From Gammaproteobacteria bacterium (GTDB lineage Bacteria > Pseudomonadota > Gammaproteobacteria > S012-40): a stretch of 64,000 bases of DNA. The translations under genes were made by a program, and so were the position numbers. Below are positions 52,950 to 62,616 of the stretch, one piece after another (position 1 is the first letter of the stretch; each line of letters starts with the position of its first letter). Below the pieces are notes generated by a model, which was not told where the DNA came from, ran no database searches, and saw nothing but the letters and a program-made list of their open reading frames with translations. The DNA lies in assembly GCA_029881255.1 (NCBI GenBank), contig JAOUMY010000010.1, positions 7,319-71,318 of the forward strand, given 5' to 3'.

Positions 52950-55900
52950 ATGGGGAAGGGGACGACTTTGTTCACCGAATTGGTGAAGCGCCCGCATTTC
53001 GGCTTTGCGCTTTACCCGCCTTTAGGCTTTATTTTTCTCCGAAAACTGTTAGTGGCAGTTGCAATGCCTGTTTTTTTGGCCTTGCTTATGTCGCTTGCTC
53101 CAGGCGTTGTATCGGCCGACGAAATCGTTGTTCCTGCGGATTTTGACCACAATGCCACTGGCTTTCCACTACAAGGCCAGCATGAACGCATCCGCTGCGA
53201 ATTTTGCCATAGAAACGAAGTTTTCCGCGGCACGCCAGTCAAATGCGATGCGTGCCATAACGATATCATCGCCCCCGGAAAACACGCCAAGCACATCCCT
53301 ACGCTGGAGCAATGTAGCGACTGCCATGTGCCCTCGGGGTTTGATATCTCCGCGCGCATGGATCACTCCCGTATTACGCGGCCTTGTGGCGCCTGCCACA
53401 ACGGCAATCTTGCCCAAGGTAAAACCGTCAATCATATACCCACCAATGAAACCTGTGATACCTGCCATACCACAGGCATTGCATGGAGCCCAAGTCTGTT
53501 CGATCACGTTGGTATTGTTGATGGGTGTCTGTTATGTCACAACAGCGTAAATGCGCGCGGCAAAGGCATGGGCCACATACTGGTGCAGGATGAATGTCAG
53601 GCCTGTCACACGACGCAGTTGTGGAGTGTGCCGTCCAATAGCGTCAATCATAACTTTGTAATCGGAAGCTGTGAGAGCTGTCATAACGGTGCCGTTGCCT
53701 CAGGAAAACCGGCTACGCATATCCCAACCACAGATTCCTGTGATACTTGCCACAAAGACATCGGCCGTAGTTGGCATAGTCAGGCAGGCTTTACAGAATT
53801 GCATGCGATGTTAACCGAAGGATGTCCCTTGTGTCATACCGGGGTTAGCGCGCGCGGAAAAACTATTGATCACATATTGTCGAGCGAACGCTGTGAGTCG
53901 TGTCATACCCCCACCAGTAGTTCATTTTTGGTGTTGCGTAATCCCAAACCAGACCACGCAGAAATCGTAGGGAGCTGCGTCAACTGTCATAACAACAGTC
54001 GCTCGGTTGGTAAGAATATCACTCACATCAACAGTACGAATCAATGTCAAGCCTGCCACGAAATCGTGACTTTCAGCATTGTTCCGAAAGTGGATCACAA
54101 TGAAGTCCTGGGAGTGTGCGGTGCTTGCCATAATAACGTGATTGCAACCGGTAAGGGGCCGAACCACATAGCGACACAAGAGGCGTGTGATGTATGCCAT
54201 GCAACCACGGCCTGGTTACCTACACAGTTCGATCACTCAAATTTTGATACCAGTAATTGCCAGAGTTGTCACAATGGCTTCCAGGCTACGGGCAAACAAA
54301 CGGGACACATCGCATCGACAGAAAAATGCGATGCCTGCCATACCACAGGTGTGTCGTGGACGGTATTGTTAGTAGATCACACGCAGACGCTTGGTGATAC
54401 CTGCGAGACGTGTCACAACAATGTTCTCGCTCGTGGTAAAGGACCTACGCATATCATTACGCAACAGGACTGCGGAATATGTCACACCCCCAACACTCCC
54501 TGGTTACAGAATGCGTTTGATCACCAGGGCGTAAGTGGTAATTGCGCGACATGTCATAACGGCTTGCTTGCTCGCGGCAAGTCACAGTCACACATATCGT
54601 CAACGGATGTGTGTGAAGCGTGTCATGCAATTGGAAACTGGGCCCCGTTGACGGTGGATCATACAGAAGTTGTAGGTGGGTGTGTCAATTGTCACAACGG
54701 CGCAATATCCACTGGAAAAAATAACGGACATATCAGTACCAGTAATGAATGTGGCGCTTGCCATAGTACGACGCAATGGAAACCTGCCGTACGCGTTGAT
54801 CACAATGAGGTGCAGGGAAAATGCGAAAGCTGTCACAATGGAAAAGTGTCACAGGGTAAAGATCTGCAGCACATCCTTTCCACAGGTGAATGTAACGCGT
54901 GTCACAATACTACGCAGTGGACTCCCGCCATTACTGTTGATCATCATGAGGTGATTGGCGAATGTGCCACGTGTCACAATGGCACGATTGCGCGAGGAAA
55001 GGGGGCGCAACATGTGCCCACGACTGAAAATTGTTCCGCATGTCACTCGACTACATTGTGGCAGCCAGTCACCAAGGTCGACCACTCTGAAATCGCTGAA
55101 AGCACAAGTTGCTTTGAATGTCACAACGGTGTATTGGCTCAAGGTAAATCCACGCTGCATATCGCTTCAACAAATGCTTGCGAAGCGTGTCACCTGGTCG
55201 CCGCGTGGATGCCTGCAAAATTTGTCGATCATAATGAGGTTTTGGGCAATTGTGTTACTTGTCACAACGGTGTTGTGACTAGAGGAAAATCTGCGTACCA
55301 CGTGAAAAGCACTGATGACTGTGACGGATGCCATAGCGTTACGGAGTGGTCGCCTGCAAAATTTGTCGATCATGAATTCATTCTTGGAACATGTGACGTT
55401 TGTCATAATGGCAGCATTGCAAGAGGCAAAGGTACTCTCCACTTTAATACGTCGAATACGTGCGAAGCCTGTCATTCAGTTACGCTTTGGACGCCAGTGA
55501 TTACAGTGGATCATAGTCAGGTGATTGGAAGTTGTTTTTCCTGCCACAACAACAATCCTGTACCTGGCAAAAGCAGACTACATATTGCGACCACTGATCT
55601 TTGCGAGGCCTGTCATAACACCACATCGTGGACGCCGGCAACAACAGTGGATCACAGTGAAGTTATTGGTGAATGCCAGAGCTGTCACGGACAGGGAGGG
55701 CGCGCCGCGGGTAAGAATCCTGGACACATGCAAACGACAGATGTGTGTGGAGCGTGTCATTTCACAACAGCATGGAAGCCAGTAGTGAGTGTCGATCACA
55801 AACAAGTTCTGGGGGAGTGCGAGACTTGCCACAATGGAGATATTGCCATTGGAAAAAATCCTGCGACGCATATTCTATCTTCCGATCAGTGTTCTGCCTG

Positions 55901-56498
55901 TCATATCACCAGTACCTGGATAACCATACGTGTCGATCATACGCAGGTCTTGGGGGCATGTGTTGATTGCCACAATATGCCTGTGCAACATATCAATACC
56001 ACCAATCTGTGCGTTGAATGTCACTCCACGACACGTTGGAGTCCAGTCGTACTAGTGGATCATGCTCAGGTGAATGGCGTGTGTTCCTCCTGCCATAATT
56101 TACCCGCAGGACATATTGCGTCGACCAATGTTTGTGATGCCTGCCATAACACCACGCGCTGGCGGCCAACAGTGGCTGTAGATCATGCCCAGGTATTGGG
56201 ATCGTGTGCCGATTGCCATTTTCTGCCGGCCTTTCACATTACCGCCACGACAGCATGTGATGCTTGTCATAGAACCGAATCCTGGGTTCCTTTTACTGTT
56301 GATCACAATGAAGTATTGGGATCATGTGAAAGCTGTCACCCAGCACCCGGTGACCACCTCGCCGCTGGCGTAACAAACAATTGTCAGAACTGCCATTCAA
56401 CAACGACCTGGACAGGTGCTACTAGTCCACTTCCCGGGGCAGCTGGCGCGAGCGTGTCGGGAGTATCGGCAACTGCGGCTGGTGGTGGTCATATGTAA
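52950..56498 (+). CDS. Giant multiheme cytochrome c with 47 CxxCH motifs, built from ~27-aa tandem repeats (candidate extracellular/outer-surface electron conduit)
   Basis: 1182-aa ORF; signal peptide (alt. start ATG 53064: MPVFLALLMSLAPGVVSA|DE). 47 CxxCH counted by eye. Near-periodic unit C-x-x-C-H-(N/T)-x5-7-W-x-P-x4-(V/F)-D-H-x-(E/Q)-V-x-G-x-C-x-x-C-H-N-G-x2-A-x-G-K-x3-H-I-x-(T/S)-x3-C. No TM segment after the signal. Confidence 0.85.
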   Translation: MGKGTTLFTELVKRPHFGFALYPPLGFIFLRKLLVAVAMPVFLALLMSLAPGVVSADEIVVPADFDHNATGFPLQGQHERIRCEFCHRNEVFRGTPVKCDACHNDIIAPGKHAKHIPTLEQCSDCHVPSGFDISARMDHSRITRPCGACHNGNLAQGKTVNHIPTNETCDTCHTTGIAWSPSLFDHVGIVDGCLLCHNSVNARGKGMGHILVQDECQACHTTQLWSVPSNSVNHNFVIGSCESCHNGAVASGKPATHIPTTDSCDTCHKDIGRSWHSQAGFTELHAMLTEGCPLCHTGVSARGKTIDHILSSERCESCHTPTSSSFLVLRNPKPDHAEIVGSCVNCHNNSRSVGKNITHINSTNQCQACHEIVTFSIVPKVDHNEVLGVCGACHNNVIATGKGPNHIATQEACDVCHATTAWLPTQFDHSNFDTSNCQSCHNGFQATGKQTGHIASTEKCDACHTTGVSWTVLLVDHTQTLGDTCETCHNNVLARGKGPTHIITQQDCGICHTPNTPWLQNAFDHQGVSGNCATCHNGLLARGKSQSHISSTDVCEACHAIGNWAPLTVDHTEVVGGCVNCHNGAISTGKNNGHISTSNECGACHSTTQWKPAVRVDHNEVQGKCESCHNGKVSQGKDLQHILSTGECNACHNTTQWTPAITVDHHEVIGECATCHNGTIARGKGAQHVPTTENCSACHSTTLWQPVTKVDHSEIAESTSCFECHNGVLAQGKSTLHIASTNACEACHLVAAWMPAKFVDHNEVLGNCVTCHNGVVTRGKSAYHVKSTDDCDGCHSVTEWSPAKFVDHEFILGTCDVCHNGSIARGKGTLHFNTSNTCEACHSVTLWTPVITVDHSQVIGSCFSCHNNNPVPGKSRLHIATTDLCEACHNTTSWTPATTVDHSEVIGECQSCHGQGGRAAGKNPGHMQTTDVCGACHFTTAWKPVVSVDHKQVLGECETCHNGDIAIGKNPATHILSSDQCSACHITSTWITIRVDHTQVLGACVDCHNMPVQHINTTNLCVECHSTTRWSPVVLVDHAQVNGVCSSCHNLPAGHIASTNVCDACHNTTRWRPTVAVDHAQVLGSCADCHFLPAFHITATTACDACHRTESWVPFTVDHNEVLGSCESCHPAPGDHLAAGVTNNCQNCHSTTTWTGATSPLPGAAGASVSGVSATAAGGGHM

Positions 56499-56561
56499 CC
56501 GTTATTATGTGCGGTAGTCTTTTTACTGAGAAAAATTTAGTTAAGTTTTAAGAGGGATGGC

Positions 56562-57329
56562 ATGATGAGATCAGTTTGGCCTCAAGCAGTTATTGTGTTG
56601 ATTTTACTGAATGCTTGTGGCGTTGTCATAGATAGTTTGGGCACGGAAAATAAATCGAGTATCAGTGTTGATGAACAGGATATCGATTTGTACAGCCGCG
56701 TGGTAGTGTCAAAACTGGATATTGATCGTGACAGCTTCCTGGTAATTCAGGAAAGTGACGCGTTGGATCTCCCGTCGACTGTATTATTCAGCAAGCGTTA
56801 CCTGGCTGGGCTTTACGATGATGAGATCATCGAATTAGAGAAACCAGTTGAAGCGTCAACATCTGGTGATGGCCTGTTTTTGCTACATGCGAGTGTTTTT
56901 TCGGATACCAATGAAAACGGTGTTTTTGATGAAGGAGTAGACAAAGTAGCTCGTGACGCTTCGGGAAACGCCATAGGCACCAGTTTTCGGATGAAAGAAA
57001 CGGATTTGTCGGCCCATGTTGCTGTGAGTCTTTCTTCCAACGGAAATTCGGATTATGTCTGGACAGAAGTATCAGACGTTCTGGACGCATTTGAAATCAA
57101 CACAGATACGCTAGCGATTACGATGGAGGAAGGGCGTAAGTATCGGATTATAAATACGCAATCCACGAGTCACCCTCTGTCATTTCGAGATGCTAGCGGT
57201 AATATTATCTGGCGGCAAGGAGCTGGAAGTGAATTCGTAGTGGACGTGAGCGAAGAGTTTGCGCAAAATGTAGCGTCTTATCGCTGTGTAACGCATTTCC
57301 TAATGAAGGGCGGCGTAGGAATAAAATAA
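56562..57329 (+). CDS. Hypothetical lipoprotein downstream of the 47-heme cytochrome
   Basis: RBS AAGAGGGATGG; signal MMRSVWPQAVIVLILLNA|CGVV (lipobox LLNAC); acidic, beta-rich mature protein; ends …CVTHFLMKGGVGIK. Confidence 0.55.
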   Translation: MMRSVWPQAVIVLILLNACGVVIDSLGTENKSSISVDEQDIDLYSRVVVSKLDIDRDSFLVIQESDALDLPSTVLFSKRYLAGLYDDEIIELEKPVEASTSGDGLFLLHASVFSDTNENGVFDEGVDKVARDASGNAIGTSFRMKETDLSAHVAVSLSSNGNSDYVWTEVSDVLDAFEINTDTLAITMEEGRKYRIINTQSTSHPLSFRDASGNIIWRQGAGSEFVVDVSEEFAQNVASYRCVTHFLMKGGVGIK

Positions 57330-57343
57330 AAAAGGCTTTATTC

Positions 57344-57472
57344 ATGAATTTCAATTACAACACCTTTATTTTGCTCATATTTCTTTTGGCGGCGTTTACT
57401 TTGGTGTCTGCCCAGGAATCTCCAGGAACAAATCCCGAGGCTGTTACGATGTTCCATTACAGTGGATTATAG
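57344..57472 (+). CDS. Possible small secreted peptide ORF (42 aa)
   Basis: ATG 57344 encodes MNFNYNTFILLIFLLAAFTLVSA|QESPGTNPEAVTMFHYSGL, a signal peptide plus 19-aa mature peptide; only a weak AAAGG RBS. Below the ORF-track size cutoff; speculative. Confidence 0.2.
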   Translation: MNFNYNTFILLIFLLAAFTLVSAQESPGTNPEAVTMFHYSGL

Positions 57473-57532
57473 ATTCACTGAACTAGCTCGACCTTGTTGG
57501 CAGGATAACAACAAAGATTTTTCGGGGAGTGC

Positions 57533-58678
57533 ATGAAGTCTTTTCTTTCTGGGATTCTAGCAGTTTTATCTCTGTCACCGGTCGCCTATGCCCAATCCGT
57601 TTCGATGCGTTATCTGGATCTGTTCATAGAGGGCGGCGCGACCGCTGGGTATTACTTTTCGGGCACAAGCTACGATAAAAATTTCAATACTTTCAGTTCG
57701 TATTCGCAATTTGAATTCAATCGCAATGCGGAAAATATTTTGTTAAATGATGCCTTGCTCGAGCTGCGCACAGGGCCATTACATGTCATGAATACTGAGT
57801 TCAGGATGGGGATGGGGCATTTGTCGAGGCTGACAATCCTGGATGGAAACGGCAATCTTGCGTTAGGGTCGCAGTACATACAGCAAGCACCTGTGAGCTC
57901 CACTTCCAGTCAGGACTTGAATGTCACGCGACGTCAACTCGAAGCGGAACTGATCCAATCTCAACGGGACGATGTCAATATCTATTACGCGCAGATGGCC
58001 ATATCTCCTGCGCCTTATGTGTTGTTGGAAGCGGGACGTTTGGCAACACATCTGGGTTATGAAGTCAGTCCCAGTTACACCAACTGGAATAGTGGTTTTG
58101 GCCTGGTGTGGATGAAGCAGCCGACGTACTACAATGGTTTTCGGTTGTCGTATGAGTTTGAAAAGTTGAATGCCTATCTTGAATTCAATCAGGACGACAG
58201 TTTCGCACGAACACCGGCGGTAGTTGCCGGTCTGTTCGGTAAATCGGCAGATATGCGCTATTCGGCGGCATTTTACTTTTCAGACTATGGGCATAATTTG
58301 TTTGACGCCATGGTGGAATCGGGATTTGATCGGGTAACGATTGCGGCGAATATCGATGTCCATATTGTTCAAGGCTCGGCGCAAGACATAAACAACCGTG
58401 TGAGTCTTGCCGCCGCCGTCTATTTAATCCCGCATATCATGCGATTTGATTTACCACTTCGATTGGAAATAATAAGAGATAGTCAGGCGGGTATGTATGA
58501 TATGAGTCGTGGATACTCTCTTACGTTTACCCCAACCGCACGGCTCGCAGAAAACTTTTTTGTACGTGCCGAGTTCGCTTTCATTTCCTCCTACAATGGT
58601 ATTTTTCGTGGTCTGCAAGACGAGCTCGTTTACTATGAAAAAACCGATTACTCCCTTCAGTTCGGCTACTACTTCTAA
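57533..58678 (+). CDS. Hypothetical outer-membrane beta-barrel protein (381 aa)
   Basis: RBS GGGGAG; signal MKSFLSGILAVLSLSPVAYA|QS; Tyr/Gly/Ser-rich alternating pattern throughout; C-terminus …DYSLQFGYYF (terminal Phe). Confidence 0.55.
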   Translation: MKSFLSGILAVLSLSPVAYAQSVSMRYLDLFIEGGATAGYYFSGTSYDKNFNTFSSYSQFEFNRNAENILLNDALLELRTGPLHVMNTEFRMGMGHLSRLTILDGNGNLALGSQYIQQAPVSSTSSQDLNVTRRQLEAELIQSQRDDVNIYYAQMAISPAPYVLLEAGRLATHLGYEVSPSYTNWNSGFGLVWMKQPTYYNGFRLSYEFEKLNAYLEFNQDDSFARTPAVVAGLFGKSADMRYSAAFYFSDYGHNLFDAMVESGFDRVTIAANIDVHIVQGSAQDINNRVSLAAAVYLIPHIMRFDLPLRLEIIRDSQAGMYDMSRGYSLTFTPTARLAENFFVRAEFAFISSYNGIFRGLQDELVYYEKTDYSLQFGYYF

Positions 58679-58680
58679 GG

Positions 58681-60249
58681 CTATTCCGCTTCGCTGGAAA
58701 CCGCCTCAGGCTTCGACTTGGATTTTGAATCCGTTGGTGTAAGTTGCGCTTTTACCAATTGCGTCGTTGTACGAAAATCTATTTTACCGCTGCCCATTTT
58801 CGGCATTTCTTCCAGCACGACATAGTGTTTAGGAAGTGCAATCGGTGGGAGTTTTTCAGATGCCTGTTTCTTGATCGGTGTAACATCAATTTCCGCATTT
58901 GTCGCTACAGCAATAACGGCGCCTTTGCGTGCATCCGGGATTTCTACAACACAACACTCGACGCCTTCCGGAAGTAATTCCTCAATGACGCTTTCGACAT
59001 GAACGAGTGAAACCATTTCGCCGCCAATTTTTACAAATCGTTTCAGACGGCCTTTGTGCCACAAATAACCTTCATCATCGAGCAATCCCATATCGCCGGT
59101 TTCATACCAGCCGTTCTCGATTTTTAGCGAGGTCTCTTCCACGTCGCCAAAATATCCTTTCATGATATTGTCGCCGCGCGCGAGAATCTTGCCTTCTTTT
59201 CCTGGTGGCAGTGTTTCACCCGTGTCGAGATCGGTAATTTTTACTTCCACGTTATACAGCGGTCTGCCGATACTTCCGCGTTTGCTTTCACCAGGTGGAT
59301 TTACGCTAATAACCGGGCTGGTTTCGGTGGCGCCATAGCCTTCGATTACCTGAATGTTGTGGTTGCGTTGAAAACTGTCAAACAACCACTCGGGCATTTT
59401 ATCTGCACCGGCAACCACTAAACGTAACGATGAAAAATCGCCGGGCTTGGCGAAGCGTTCATAACTCATCAAAAAGAAGGGCGTACCTATCATGATCGTA
59501 GGTTTTTGTTCCTTGATAATTCCCGCAATCGTTTTTGCATCTAGTGGATTGGCATAGGTGACGGCGGTCATACCGAGATACACCGGCAGCCACAGATTGG
59601 TCGTGAATCCGAACACGTGAAAAAACGGCAATATCGACATCATGATGTCGTCTGAAGTCAGCTTGGTTACGTGTACGATGCCGTCCAGATTGGCCGTGAT
59701 GTTTCGATGCGACAGCTCAACGCCTTTCGGCGCTTTTTCACTGCCGCTGGTAAATAGAATTACAGCGGTATCATCCGGGCTAGGGTTGGCTGTGCTGGCG
59801 ATAATCACCGAGGTCGGGAGCTTGGAGCGTAGGGCTGCGCCTATTTTGTCCGTGGTACTGATGCGTTTTAGCAAGTCCTCAACAAAAATCATTCCCGGCA
59901 TCTCCGGGCATCCGACTTTGCTCAATACCGTGCGCGATGTGATTACGGTGTTAAACCCACATTTTTCACGCGCATACTCGACGTTTTGTTCCGCACCGGT
60001 GGAATAATTAATCATCACTGGGATCTTGCCAGCATATTGCGTCGCGAGAACTGAAAGATAGCAACCTGCTGAGGTAGGCAACATAATTCCGATATATTTT
60101 TCATCGAAGTTGCGGACAAAGCGGGAAAGAATAAGCGAGGCGATCAAAGCCTGACTATAGGTCAAATCACGCCCGGTGGTCTTGTCGATAAAAGCCAGCT
60201 TACTTCCCTGATTTTTCGCCGTTTTTATAAACTGATGATGTAGAATCAT
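58681..60249 (-). CDS. AMP-dependent synthetase/ligase (acyl-CoA or acyl-ACP synthetase-like)
   Basis: 522-aa product with AMP-binding signature …ILFTSGSEKAPKGVELSHRNI… and C-terminal …IPDARKGAVIAVAT… adenylate-forming enzyme motifs. Confidence 0.75.
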   Translation of the reverse strand: MILHHQFIKTAKNQGSKLAFIDKTTGRDLTYSQALIASLILSRFVRNFDEKYIGIMLPTSAGCYLSVLATQYAGKIPVMINYSTGAEQNVEYAREKCGFNTVITSRTVLSKVGCPEMPGMIFVEDLLKRISTTDKIGAALRSKLPTSVIIASTANPSPDDTAVILFTSGSEKAPKGVELSHRNITANLDGIVHVTKLTSDDIMMSILPFFHVFGFTTNLWLPVYLGMTAVTYANPLDAKTIAGIIKEQKPTIMIGTPFFLMSYERFAKPGDFSSLRLVVAGADKMPEWLFDSFQRNHNIQVIEGYGATETSPVISVNPPGESKRGSIGRPLYNVEVKITDLDTGETLPPGKEGKILARGDNIMKGYFGDVEETSLKIENGWYETGDMGLLDDEGYLWHKGRLKRFVKIGGEMVSLVHVESVIEELLPEGVECCVVEIPDARKGAVIAVATNAEIDVTPIKKQASEKLPPIALPKHYVVLEEMPKMGSGKIDFRTTTQLVKAQLTPTDSKSKSKPEAVSSEAE

Positions 60250-60342
60250 GAACCGTGTCTCCTTTTTGGGTTACGCGATTTTTTTTCTTATGTGGGCGGA
60301 TACGGTATCATTGCCAGCAAATTCATGCCAAGGATAAATTGA

Positions 60343-61569
60343 ATGAGTGTTTCGGTCCCAGTGCAGCGTCGTAAGTGTGTTCCGGTCAAGATCGGTCAGG
60401 TCGTGGTAGGTGGTGATTCCCCCGTCATTGTGCAGTCTATGACCAATACTGATACGGCAGACGCGGTTGGGACTGCGGTGCAGGTGGCACAATTGGCCAA
60501 AGCCGGTTCGGAACTGGTACGTATTACCGTCAACTCTGAAGAGGCGGCCGCCGCCGTCCCTGAGATACGCGAGCGCCTGGATGCCATGGGAGTGAACGTG
60601 CCGCTGGTCGGCGATTTTCACTTCAATGGCCACAAATTGTTGGAAGGTAATCCGGCCTGCGCAGAGGCGCTGGCAAAGTATCGCATCAATCCCGGTAATG
60701 TCGGCAAGGGTTCAAAGCGAGATGTTCAGTTCGCACGCATGATTGAGTTCGCCTGTCGCTACGATAAGCCTGTACGCATCGGGGTGAACTGGGGCAGCCT
60801 GGATCAAGATCTGTTGGCGCGCTTAATGGACGAAAACGGCAAACTGGCGGAGCCCAGGGAGCCGGAAGAAGTGATGCACGATGCACTCATCCGTTCCGCA
60901 CTGGATTCAGCGGCTCGTGCAGAAGAGCTGGGCCTGGGCCACGACAAGATCATCATCTCCTGCAAAATGAGCCATGTGCAAGACTTGATCAGCGTATACC
61001 GTGACCTGGCTGGCCGTTGTGACTATCCCTTGCATTTGGGCTTGACCGAAGCCGGCATGGGCTCCAAAGGCATTGTGGCTTCAACCGCCGCTCTGTCCGT
61101 ATTATTGCAGGAAGGAATAGGCGACACGATTCGAATTTCACTGACCCCGGAACCGGGCGGTGATCGTAGCAATGAAGTCATCGTAGCGCAGGAGATATTG
61201 CAGTGTATGGGGCTACGTTCCTTTACGCCTATGGTCGTCGCTTGTCCTGGATGTGGTCGCACGACCTCCACGTTTTTCCAGCAGCTAGCCAAGGACATTC
61301 AGTCCTACATCCGACACCAGATGCCAGAGTGGCGCAAAAACCATCCTGGTGTAGAGAACATGAATGTCGCGGTAATGGGCTGTGTGGTTAACGGTCCCGG
61401 CGAAAGCAAGCATGCCAATATCGGCATTAGTCTTCCTGGCACCGGCGAGAAACCAGTCGCACCAGTTTACGAAGATGGTGTTAAAACCGTCACCCTGAAA
61501 GGCGACTCCATCGCGCAGGATTTTCAGCACATTATTGACGCCTATATCGAACGTACCTATCGCGCCTAA
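60343..61569 (+). CDS. ispG: 4-hydroxy-3-methylbut-2-enyl diphosphate synthase (flavodoxin)
   Basis: 408-aa product aligns with E. coli IspG/GcpE (…[32 protein letters not shown]…, …ACPGCGRT…, …GCVVNGPGE… Cys ligands of the 4Fe-4S cluster). Confidence 0.9.
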   Translation: MSVSVPVQRRKCVPVKIGQVVVGGDSPVIVQSMTNTDTADAVGTAVQVAQLAKAGSELVRITVNSEEAAAAVPEIRERLDAMGVNVPLVGDFHFNGHKLLEGNPACAEALAKYRINPGNVGKGSKRDVQFARMIEFACRYDKPVRIGVNWGSLDQDLLARLMDENGKLAEPREPEEVMHDALIRSALDSAARAEELGLGHDKIIISCKMSHVQDLISVYRDLAGRCDYPLHLGLTEAGMGSKGIVASTAALSVLLQEGIGDTIRISLTPEPGGDRSNEVIVAQEILQCMGLRSFTPMVVACPGCGRTTSTFFQQLAKDIQSYIRHQMPEWRKNHPGVENMNVAVMGCVVNGPGESKHANIGISLPGTGEKPVAPVYEDGVKTVTLKGDSIAQDFQHIIDAYIERTYRA

Positions 61570-61742
61570 ATACCTGCCGAAAGGCTGTGTGGTATCTCCC
61601 TTGCAATAATTCCCTTAGGAATGCCTGTTTTGTGTAGGAGTCTTAAACAAAACAGTAAGTTACAAGTGAATATGCGATACACACCAGAATAAACGTGCAA
61701 GTGATTGCCGCCATTTGGATTAAGTCAAACAATGGTGAGTTT

Positions 61743-62582
61743 ATGCAAACACAGTCTTTTGATATGGCGACTTTTCAGACCCTGGTCGCCAATGTTTACG
61801 ATATGTCGATGCGCATGGATAACCGCGAAGCCTTTCTCGAAAGGGTGGCGGATCTGTGTGGCGTTTCCACCCAGGCGCTCTTCGATGGAGGAATTGCCGA
61901 ATCCCTGATGCCTAATGCGATGCTCTCGGCCTTGTTGCCGCACATCGAACAGGCCGTCAATATAGGCCAGCGTTTTCGACAGGCCGATCATCTGCAGCAA
62001 ATGTCCATGCAACTCCTGGACAATCTGAGTTGTGGTGTCATTCTGTTTTCAGACGACGGTATACCGCGGGTATACAATCGGATAGCAGAACGACTTTGTG
62101 CGGATGCTGCCCTCGGTATTACGCTTGATGACAAACAGGATTTGAGTACGCTTCCTGCGATGTTAAGTCAGGCAATCCGTAATGCCAGTCCGACATATTC
62201 CAGTGAAAGCAAGGTTAGCGCTTTTCATCTCGGTGAAGGTGATGACCAATTAAGTGTTTTCGTTTCTCCTATGTCGCAACTGGAAGCATTCCGCGGCACT
62301 GATCAGACAATGATTGCGGTATGTATTTCCAAGGCCAATGTCGAAGAAACAGGGATGTCTAGTTCTTTAGTTGCGCTATTCGGTTTGAGTCGCGCAGAAA
62401 CGAGATTGGTGAACGCGCTCTTGGATGGTGACTCGATAGAGCAGGCGGCGGAAAAGTTTTTTGTGAGCAAGAATACTTTACGTGTTCAACTGCGTTCTGT
62501 ATTTCGCAAGACGCAAACCCGCAATCAGGCCGATTTAATGCGGCGAATTTTAAACTTGCCACTCAAAATTAAAGCAGCATAA
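61743..62582 (+). CDS. LuxR-family transcriptional regulator (C-terminal HTH; N-terminal domain of unknown type)
   Basis: C-terminal …LSRAETRLVNALLDGDSIEQAAEKFFVSKNTLRVQLRSVFRKTQTRNQADLMRRIL is a LuxR/GerE-type HTH; the N-terminal ~200 aa lack obvious autoinducer-binding or receiver signatures. ATG 61743; the track lists an upstream GTG at 61695. Confidence 0.65.
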   Translation: MQTQSFDMATFQTLVANVYDMSMRMDNREAFLERVADLCGVSTQALFDGGIAESLMPNAMLSALLPHIEQAVNIGQRFRQADHLQQMSMQLLDNLSCGVILFSDDGIPRVYNRIAERLCADAALGITLDDKQDLSTLPAMLSQAIRNASPTYSSESKVSAFHLGEGDDQLSVFVSPMSQLEAFRGTDQTMIAVCISKANVEETGMSSSLVALFGLSRAETRLVNALLDGDSIEQAAEKFFVSKNTLRVQLRSVFRKTQTRNQADLMRRILNLPLKIKAA

Positions 62583-62590
62583 AAAAAGAT

Positions 62591-62616
62591 AGGCGCACCT
62601 TGGTGCGCCTTATTTT
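62591..62616 (+). terminator. Rho-independent terminator after the LuxR-family gene
   Basis: A7 then AGGCGCACC/GGTGCGCCT 9-bp stem with 2-nt loop (62591-62610) followed by TATTTT. Confidence 0.7.

Noticed and set aside
52950-56498. Possible CRISPR array or non-coding tandem repeat, suggested by highly periodic DNA within the 47-heme gene
   Set aside because: The periodicity is ~81 nt, in frame, and translates to a continuous ORF with 47 CxxCH motifs and a signal peptide. There are no direct repeats with unique spacers and no cas genes, so it is a coding repeat.
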